From Candidatus Saccharimonadales bacterium (GTDB lineage: Bacteria; Patescibacteriota; Saccharimonadia; Saccharimonadales; JANWIN01), in assembly GCA_038231155.1 (NCBI GenBank), contig JBBRLY010000016.1, positions 21,506 to 85,505 of the forward strand: a DNA stretch of 64,000 nucleotides. Reading direction: 5' to 3'. Position numbers and translations under genes: made by a program. Numbering within the stretch: position 1 is the stretch's first letter; the number at the start of each line of letters is the position of its first letter. Shown piece after piece: positions 57,233 through 64,000 of the stretch. Under the pieces are notes generated by a model that worked only from the letters and a program-made list of their open reading frames with translations, ran no database searches and was not told the DNA's origin.

Positions 57233-57709
57233 ATGGCTATGCTTGACATCGCTGATTGTAGCAGTCAATTATTGAGTATGTGCAATCCGTTTGATGAGTC
57301 AGAGCCTAATAGGTATGAAGAAATGTCTATTGATGAGATTATTGATGAAGCTTTACAAAGACTTGATGGTGTAATGCTCACTCCGCAACAAGCTGGGGAA
57401 ATACTGGACTATCGACTTTACCAACTTGAAATTATAACAGGTGAAAACGGGCTAGAGTTTGATGAATTTGTCAGCGATGAAGAGTTTGCATTGAGTGAAA
57501 TTGCCCAGGGTCAAGATCCAAGAAGTTTTGGTGATGCTTATAGAAAATATCACGTTAGTTTCAAAGGGCTTCCTCTTTTAGGCGGCGTTAGGGAAACCGG
57601 ACTAGCTAACGACTTAACTAATGGGGATATCTGGAGCGAAATTAACGTCTGGAAGCTAAGTAGTGATTATCGCAACCGTCGTGAAACTTCTTATATACTC
57701 AGTGTTTAG
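57233..57709 (+). CDS. Hypothetical acidic protein
   Basis: 158-aa ORF; start uncertain. Confidence 0.55.
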   Translation: MAMLDIADCSSQLLSMCNPFDESEPNRYEEMSIDEIIDEALQRLDGVMLTPQQAGEILDYRLYQLEIITGENGLEFDEFVSDEEFALSEIAQGQDPRSFGDAYRKYHVSFKGLPLLGGVRETGLANDLTNGDIWSEINVWKLSSDYRNRRETSYILSV

Positions 57710-58283
57710 AGTCATTACTTTGCATTAACTGACCCACGGAGTAAATAATTAGTAATCCAAAACCAAGACTGGTTATTACTTGAGCCACAAATAATAAATG
57801 AATAACATTTATTAATGTTAAAAGGCCCATAAAAAAGCCGAGTGACTGAATAATTAATAATAAAAAATTAACTCTTTTTCTTTTCACTACCAAAGTTAGC
57901 CATATAGCAAAACCCATTTCGTAGTAAAACAGCATTAGCCCAATCAGAATATGCAGATTATCAAGTGTTTTATTTAATTTATAAGGATAGGTTGAAGCCA
58001 AAACCGACAGTATTAAGCACGCTAAGATGTAAAGACCATAACGCAGACGGTTATACAATTTGGAGGAGGAGGGAATAAATCGAGCAGCTTTTAAAATAAG
58101 TAAACTGCTACCTAAAAAAGCTAGCGTGAAAGGCAATATGGTAGCTCGGTGCACTCCAAAATTACTAATCCCACCTTCATCACGACTAAATAAAAAATCG
58201 GGCATTAGTGAAATACATAGGATAACAAAAATAAAGAAGCATAGTTGACTCAAAGTAAGATAACGGATTGATCTAGAAGCCAT
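57699..58283 (-). CDS. Multi-TM membrane protein (DUF998-like); likely start MASRS at 58283
   Basis: GGISNFGV motif, LHI, about six TM helices; a -10-like TATACT lies just upstream of the ATG. Confidence 0.65.
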   Translation of the reverse strand: MASRSIRYLTLSQLCFFIFVILCISLMPDFLFSRDEGGISNFGVHRATILPFTLAFLGSSLLILKAARFIPSSSKLYNRLRYGLYILACLILSVLASTYPYKLNKTLDNLHILIGLMLFYYEMGFAIWLTLVVKRKRVNFLLLIIQSLGFFMGLLTLINVIHLLFVAQVITSLGFGLLIIYSVGQLMQSNDSKH

Positions 58284-58391
58284 GTGTTTTAGTATAAAGT
58301 ACGGTTTAAACTTTTTAGGTTTGAAAAAAAATAAACAGCTTGCCCATATATGTATTATAGATTCAATGAATTCTTTTGATATTATTACTAC

Positions 58392-60143
58392 ATGACTGAT
58401 CTTAGTGATGGGCATCATAAAAATCGATTAATTAATAATGGACAGTCAGTTGATCAACAACCTCCGCTAACAAATAAACATAACTTAAACTTATTTCATA
58501 AATTTCCGAGGCCGAATTGGTTATTAGTTTTTATCGGGCTGGCAACTCTTGCTGTAGTCGCTGTAGCCGTACTTGCTTCAAAACGGCACATCAGTCAAAT
58601 TACACCAAATACTCAGACCAGCGCGAACCTATCTGATATTCATAAAATCAAACATGTTGTTATCATAATGCAGGAAAACCGATCGTTTGATAGTTACTTT
58701 GGTACGTACCCAGGTGCCAATGGCATACCAATGCAAAACGGAACTCCAACCGTTTGTGTTCCAGATCCGGCCAGCGGCACATGCCTAAAACCTTACCATG
58801 ACTCGAATGACAAGAACGCTGGAGGACCGCATGGTCAGGTTGATGCTACTGCCGATATTAGCAATGGCCAAATGAATGGCTTTATTGCTCAAGCCGAACA
58901 TGCCAGCAGCAACTGTGCACCTAATGCTCCAGCCTGTACTGGTGGCAAACAAACAGATGTAATAGGATATCATGACGGCAGTGACATCCCCAATTACTGG
59001 TCTTATGCTAAAAACTATGTATTACAAGATACAATGTTTGAACCAAACTCCTCCTGGAGCCTACCACAACACTTATTTATGGTTTCTGAATGGTCAGCTA
59101 AGTGTAGCCAAGCTGGTAATCCGAAGTCATGCATCAATGCTTTAGAAAGTCCTAGTAATCCACCAGATTTTATCGCAGGAATTCAGAACAACTTGATTAA
59201 TAAATGTCAAAACGATGCTCGTGCTACAGCCTGCCAAAAAGCCTTAGAAGGTATCGGTATTACTATTGCCATGGCTAGTCAGCTTCGCATGTTAATCGCC
59301 CAGAACTGCAAACCTTCCAACAGCTTCACTCAATGTCAGGATACTTTAAAGAACACGACTCTTCCCGCTAATCTCATACAAAAGTTAATTACAGCTTCTA
59401 ATCAGTTAATGCCGCCAGATTATGCCTGGACCGATATGACCTATTTACTGCATAAGAACAAAGTGTCATGGGGATACTATGTATTTAATGGTACTGAACC
59501 AGATTGCCAGGATGACTCCGCAGTTACCTGTGCCGCAGTTCCTCAAAACGCTAAGACTCCAGGAATTTGGAACCCGTTGCCGTATTTTGATACAGTTAAA
59601 CAAGATGGTGAACTTAACAATGTTCAACCCTTAACCAACTTTTACACCCAAGCTAAAAACGGTACGCTGCCGGCCGTTAGTTGGGTAAGTCCGACGGCTT
59701 CAGTAAGCGAACATCCACCAGGACTTGTCAGCAGTGGCCAAGCTTATGTTACAGGTCTAATTAATTCAATTATGAAAAGTCCTGACTGGAACAGTACAGC
59801 AATATTCTTGAGCTGGGATGATTGGGGTGGTTTTTATGATCATGTTGTACCACCAAAGGTCGATCAGAATGGCTACGGCTTACGTGTACCAGCCATTGTG
59901 ATTAGCCCCTACGCAAGGCAAGGTATGATTGATCACCAAACCCTTAGCCATGATGCTTATAACAAATTCATTGAAGATGACTTCTTAAATAGTCAGCGCC
60001 TTGATCCGAATACCGATGGACGGTTTGATCCACGTCCTGATGTAAGGGAAAACGCCTCACAACTTGGTAACTTGGTTAGTGATTTTAACTTTAATCAGCC
60101 ACCCAGAAAGCCACTTATATTACCTGGCGGGACAACGTATTAG
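58392..60143 (+). CDS. Phosphoesterase (phospholipase C/AcpA family), membrane-anchored
   Basis: [46 protein letters not shown]. Confidence 0.9.
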   Translation: MTDLSDGHHKNRLINNGQSVDQQPPLTNKHNLNLFHKFPRPNWLLVFIGLATLAVVAVAVLASKRHISQITPNTQTSANLSDIHKIKHVVIIMQENRSFDSYFGTYPGANGIPMQNGTPTVCVPDPASGTCLKPYHDSNDKNAGGPHGQVDATADISNGQMNGFIAQAEHASSNCAPNAPACTGGKQTDVIGYHDGSDIPNYWSYAKNYVLQDTMFEPNSSWSLPQHLFMVSEWSAKCSQAGNPKSCINALESPSNPPDFIAGIQNNLINKCQNDARATACQKALEGIGITIAMASQLRMLIAQNCKPSNSFTQCQDTLKNTTLPANLIQKLITASNQLMPPDYAWTDMTYLLHKNKVSWGYYVFNGTEPDCQDDSAVTCAAVPQNAKTPGIWNPLPYFDTVKQDGELNNVQPLTNFYTQAKNGTLPAVSWVSPTASVSEHPPGLVSSGQAYVTGLINSIMKSPDWNSTAIFLSWDDWGGFYDHVVPPKVDQNGYGLRVPAIVISPYARQGMIDHQTLSHDAYNKFIEDDFLNSQRLDPNTDGRFDPRPDVRENASQLGNLVSDFNFNQPPRKPLILPGGTTY

Positions 60144-60193
60144 ATAAATTCAAAGGTTTAATAATAACTAAAAGCTTGAACTGTTGATCCAGC

Positions 60194-60886
60194 TTATTCA
60201 AAATCGTTTACATAATCACGACCGCGGTCTAATTTTGCGAAACCGGCCATAACTAATTTGTTTACTTTTTCAAGATTGCGTTGCCGGCGCATAATAGCTC
60301 GGTCGTTACCAGCTTCGACACCTAATAGTGCAGCTTTAGTCGCTAATGTATTTCTTAATTCTTCTCTTTGTGCTCCCTGTGTGTAGGTTTCGGCGAAAGC
60401 TATGGGTTCAACAATTACTCCTGGAAATACTTTCCGAGCAATAAAAAGTGGGCGGTTATACAGAAAATGTAGTTCGTCACTGACTATACCTAAGCTATCA
60501 CTTATACTTAAATCAAATAGCGGTTTGCTATTTACCATATTTTCAACTGTACTAATTGAATCTTTTTCAACTAAAAAGTCTACATCAACCGGAGGATATT
60601 CTTCCAAAAGCTCCTGGGTATAATCTAGCATGGCTTCTCCACCACTTCGTGACTGAAGATTTTGCATTTCATGCCGCCACGATGCACCGCCGCTAAAAAC
60701 AACTACCCTATTTACCAGCCTATGTGCAGCATAATGTACTGCAATTTCAGTGCGTGTTTGTACGGTTTTACTTAATGTATCGTCTGGATTTAAGTTTCGT
60801 GACAATACTAATAAGGCATCAACGGGACTAGTTAGTTCAGCTGTTTCTGCTGCAATCATATTTAAACCTTTGGAGTATAATAACAT
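60194..60886 (-). CDS. YdcF/DUF218 family protein
   Basis: VVFSGG, EKDSISTVENMV, IVSDELH. Confidence 0.75.
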   Translation of the reverse strand: MLLYSKGLNMIAAETAELTSPVDALLVLSRNLNPDDTLSKTVQTRTEIAVHYAAHRLVNRVVVFSGGASWRHEMQNLQSRSGGEAMLDYTQELLEEYPPVDVDFLVEKDSISTVENMVNSKPLFDLSISDSLGIVSDELHFLYNRPLFIARKVFPGVIVEPIAFAETYTQGAQREELRNTLATKAALLGVEAGNDRAIMRRQRNLEKVNKLVMAGFAKLDRGRDYVNDFE

Positions 60887-61024
60887 AAGTTTTACAGTCT
60901 AGCAATTTAAAGCACTGAGTTTTTAAACTGTGGGTAGTCAAAAATCCGATACCAAAAATAACGATTATTTGTTAATTTATTCAAAATAGAAGATACTTAT
61001 GCTTAATAAAGTAAACCCAAACAA

Positions 61025-62086
61025 ATGGAAAATAATTCTCAATTAGATCCTGAACAGCCGAAGGCTACAGTTTCTGGACCAATTATTGTATCACCAACTC
61101 AATCAACCATACCAGTCACCGTTGCTCCAGAAGAAAATAACGTTATTCCGATTCCAGGTTCTGTGGCACCGGTTGGCAATCAACAAAATGTAACCGATAG
61201 TCAGCCATTAACTCCTGTAAAAAGCTATAACAGTTCCGTAACTTCCAAGTCATTGGGACATAAAAAACTTTTTATCGGTTTAGCTATATTTGTTGTATTG
61301 GTTATAGCAGTAGTCATTTACTTTTGGTTCCTACCAGTCCAAGCTGCTAAAAATTACCAATCAAGCATCAAGGGGTCATATTCCAATCAAGCCGCTAAAA
61401 TGACTACAGTGTACAGCGCTTTTAGTCGTCCAGTATATAACAGTAACAATTCTACCACTGCAGGTGACACTCAGGACTTTGACTTTACCGATCAAGCTAT
61501 TAAAGACGCGCAACAAAGTAACGATAGCTTAAAAACACAGAATAAATTAAAATTATTCCCCGGTGCTAATTTACTACACGCCGCCAGTACTGCCAATAGT
61601 CATTACCAAGCCGTCCAGAAATATATCAGTGACAGTCAGACTCTATTGACTAATTTCCAAACTACTTCAACTTATATGAGACAATTTGAAGCAGTTTCCA
61701 AAAATGATGGACAGGCACTTGAATCTCTCAAGCCAATTATAGTTGCCAAGACTTTAGCGCAGTTCCAGGCGGCTTCCCAAGTCGCAGTGACACAACTTAA
61801 CAAATGGCTATCTGATTTAAATAGCTTGCAACCACCAGTCGACTTAAAAAGTTTTCATATTCAATTAGTATCAGGTATTGGCCTCTTAAAATCTGCATTG
61901 GACAATATGTCGCGATCTATTAACGCCCACGACTTAGCCGGCGTTATTAACAGCAGTAAACAGCTTCAGACTGCGGGAACATCTTTGGATAGCCTATTCG
62001 CTACTGATATAAACACCTTGCTACAAAAAAATTCCACACTTCATAGCCAAATTGTAAATTTGCAATCAGCTAAGCCATTGAACTAA
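61025..62086 (+). CDS. Hypothetical membrane-anchored helical protein
   Basis: P/S/T-rich N-terminus, single TM helix, helical extracellular domain. Confidence 0.7.
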   Translation: MENNSQLDPEQPKATVSGPIIVSPTQSTIPVTVAPEENNVIPIPGSVAPVGNQQNVTDSQPLTPVKSYNSSVTSKSLGHKKLFIGLAIFVVLVIAVVIYFWFLPVQAAKNYQSSIKGSYSNQAAKMTTVYSAFSRPVYNSNNSTTAGDTQDFDFTDQAIKDAQQSNDSLKTQNKLKLFPGANLLHAASTANSHYQAVQKYISDSQTLLTNFQTTSTYMRQFEAVSKNDGQALESLKPIIVAKTLAQFQAASQVAVTQLNKWLSDLNSLQPPVDLKSFHIQLVSGIGLLKSALDNMSRSINAHDLAGVINSSKQLQTAGTSLDSLFATDINTLLQKNSTLHSQIVNLQSAKPLN

Positions 62087-62092
62087 GTATTT

Positions 62093-64000
62093 TTAAGCTA
62101 AGCGTTTTCTAAAGAAATTTTGCAAAATTACTAAGGCGATACTGAATGGTACTACTATTAGTCCCAGCCCAGGGTTAACTACCTTGCTCAAAGCTACAGT
62201 GACTGCTGTCGTTATAGCCAGCCAAATAAAGAAATCTTTAGCTCTGATATGTAGTCTTAAATACTCTGCTCCTAAATAGTAGTACGGGAAAACCGTAACA
62301 ACTAAGAAGGTACTACTAAGCAGCCCGAATATCAGCACCACCGCTAGTCCTTGCCAAAACGGACTAGTTAAAGCAAGTGGAATAAGTGAGACTACGGCTG
62401 TCATGCTGGTTGCAAATAAAGGTCGGAATCTTTCTTTTAATGCTTCGTGGGCCGAATCTATGGCCGATAGGCCACTATGTCTAGCTTGATTGGCATAGTC
62501 TGTAAGTAAAATAGTATTTTTAATACTAAGACCGATTAAGGCAAAGAAACCAAGCATCGTAAAGAAACTAATTGCATTATTGGTAAGATCAAGTCCTAGC
62601 ATAATGCCGAATATGCTAAATGGTATAGCCATAAATATAAGCAGCGGTTGGATTAACGATTTAAATTCAAAGACCAGCAATATATACATAACAACCAGAA
62701 GTACTGGGAAAGCTAGAGCCAACGTTTTAAAAGAATTCTGGTTATCTGATTCCTGGCCTAAATCAAAAGTTAGAGCTGAACCATTAAGCCCATATTGTTT
62801 TAACTTATCGGAATTGAACTGTTTTTTGACAGTAGTTTGAGCTAGATTCACCAGTGTAGTTGTGTCATTACCGTCAAAGCCGGTACTAATGGTAATTATT
62901 GGTTTGCCTTTAGTTCTTAAATATTGATCAGGGCTGGAAACATTTACATTAATGAAACGGGCAACTTTACCATTAATACGCTTTAGTTCTGTTTTAGATA
63001 GATAAGCTGCTAAATCTTTTGCAGCACTAAATGCGGCAGGTCGATTGGAAGCATCAAGTTGTATGATAAATGCTGCCGAAGGCGGACCAATATCATTTTG
63101 GCCAACAATAACTTGAGCTTGTTTAAAACTCTTAAAACGGCTATCTAATTGTTTGACGATTTGCGGAGATGTTATTGCTCGTTTGTTATATGAAATAATT
63201 GAGATTTGCTCCATGGAAGTCTGGGCACTGCCGGTATCATAATTAGAACTATCGGTAAAATTTGGTCCGATAACTTGAGCTGCTTCATTATCAATTTGAG
63301 CGTTTATTGTTTGGGCCCTCTGAACTGTAGTATTTGGCGGAAAGTTAATCGTTAAGACAATACCGTTGGTATCTTTAGTTGGAGGAAAGATGTTAAACAC
63401 TACATTTCTAGCAATAGTTAACCCGGCTCCCAAGAAACCAAAACCAATAACTAGGGCAATAATACCAACGCTAAATAGTCGCCGTTTGGAGTTCCTACCC
63501 CAAAGCATTGGTTTGGCAATAAACGCTGCTACTTTAGCTTCAAAACCGGCAGCTACTTCTGCAACCCCTTTATTGCCCATTTGTTTCTTACCAAGTAACA
63601 AGAAGCGAGCAAAGAACGGTATGAAAATAAGGGCCACAAATAAACTGATTATCAGCGAAGAAATGATCGTAATAGGAATAGCCCGTATAAAACTGCCGAG
63701 TATACCGCCGACAAAAATTAACGGTGCAAAGCTTAAACAAGCAGTCGTAGTAGCCGCCACCATAGCCCGACTGATTTTACGGGTTGCTTCTTTTACAGCT
63801 ACTCGCCGATCTTTTTCATGACGTCTGGCCGAGTCAATAGCTTCAACCATAATTATGGTATCGTCGACAATTAAGGCCAGGCCAAGTATCAGAGCAAATA
63901 AGGTAATAACGTTTAGGCTATAGCCAATTAAGTAAATAAGCCCAAGGGTAGTCAGTAACACGGTTATCATTGAAAGGACAGTAATAATTGAAGCCCTAAT
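62093..64000 (-). CDS. RND efflux (AcrB-family) permease, N-terminus outside the window
   Basis: GLALIVDDTIIMVEAI, AIPFSIFG, KNTILL, RFRPLFATSMT. Confidence 0.9.
   Translation of the reverse strand: MRASIITVLSMITVLLTTLGLIYLIGYSLNVITLFALILGLALIVDDTIIMVEAIDSARRHEKDRRVAVKEATRKISRAMVAATTTACLSFAPLIFVGGILGSFIRAIPITIISSLIISLFVALIFIPFFARFLLLGKKQMGNKGVAEVAAGFEAKVAAFIAKPMLWGRNSKRRLFSVGIIALVIGFGFLGAGLTIARNVVFNIFPPTKDTNGIVLTINFPPNTTVQRAQTINAQIDNEAAQVIGPNFTDSSNYDTGSAQTSMEQISIISYNKRAITSPQIVKQLDSRFKSFKQAQVIVGQNDIGPPSAAFIIQLDASNRPAAFSAAKDLAAYLSKTELKRINGKVARFINVNVSSPDQYLRTKGKPIITISTGFDGNDTTTLVNLAQTTVKKQFNSDKLKQYGLNGSALTFDLGQESDNQNSFKTLALAFPVLLVVMYILLVFEFKSLIQPLLIFMAIPFSIFGIMLGLDLTNNAISFFTMLGFFALIGLSIKNTILLTDYANQARHSGLSAIDSAHEALKERFRPLFATSMTAVVSLIPLALTSPFWQGLAVVLIFGLLSSTFLVVTVFPYYYLGAEYLRLHIRAKDFFIWLAITTAVTVALSKVVNPGLGLIVVPFSIALVILQNFFRKRLA

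Noticed and set aside
54520-61000. Continuation of the cassette array through the downstream hypothetical genes
   Set aside because: The region looks accessory, but I found no site copies; the AGTTGCA hits near 56238 and 56475 lack the right half.
791-63821. Short antisense or alternative-frame ORFs inside recognised genes throughout the ORF track
   Set aside because: They overlap well-supported genes and show no motifs or start signals.
1-64000. Alternative genetic code (TGA=Gly as in Gracilibacteria/Absconditabacteria)
   Set aside because: Conserved genes are full length under code 11, and TGA ends genes in ATGA overlaps.

Overview
This is a low-GC, gene-dense window that reads with the standard code. 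It looks like a Patescibacteria (CPR) chromosome, probably Saccharibacteria; this is inferred from gene content, divergent proteins and frequent leaderless promoters. Most genes lie on the minus strand. Housekeeping genes include a divergent atpF/H/A-like cluster, iscS, tatD, metG, rsmA, pcrA, tpiA, pgk, pyk, murD, murI and folD, plus tmRNA, tRNA-Glu(TTC) and tRNA-Lys(CTT). The main finding is at the tRNA-Lys 3' end. A ~5 kb large-serine-recombinase element (with a replication initiator and a terminase-small-subunit-like gene) is followed by six small cassettes of 1-2 genes, 284-937 bp each, one of them a RelB/RelE pair. The cassettes are delimited by seven copies of a 31-bp site, YAGTTGCGATAG-N5-AC-NR-TGGMCCTCCA. 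The site's right half is the tRNA 3' end, and its antisense strand encodes an alternative recombinase C-terminus. This looks like an integron-like gene-stacking locus with no IntI and no attC. Other candidates are: an inverted pair of a conserved structured motif flanking a GC-rich two-gene island; an attenuator-like RNA leader in the element; a Met-rich leader peptide before metG; an HNH gene at the tmRNA 3' end; and an acyl-CoA ligase/ThiF/nitroreductase-hydrolase/histidine kinase operon that may make and sense a small molecule. Product calls come from motif recognition only; no database searches were run.
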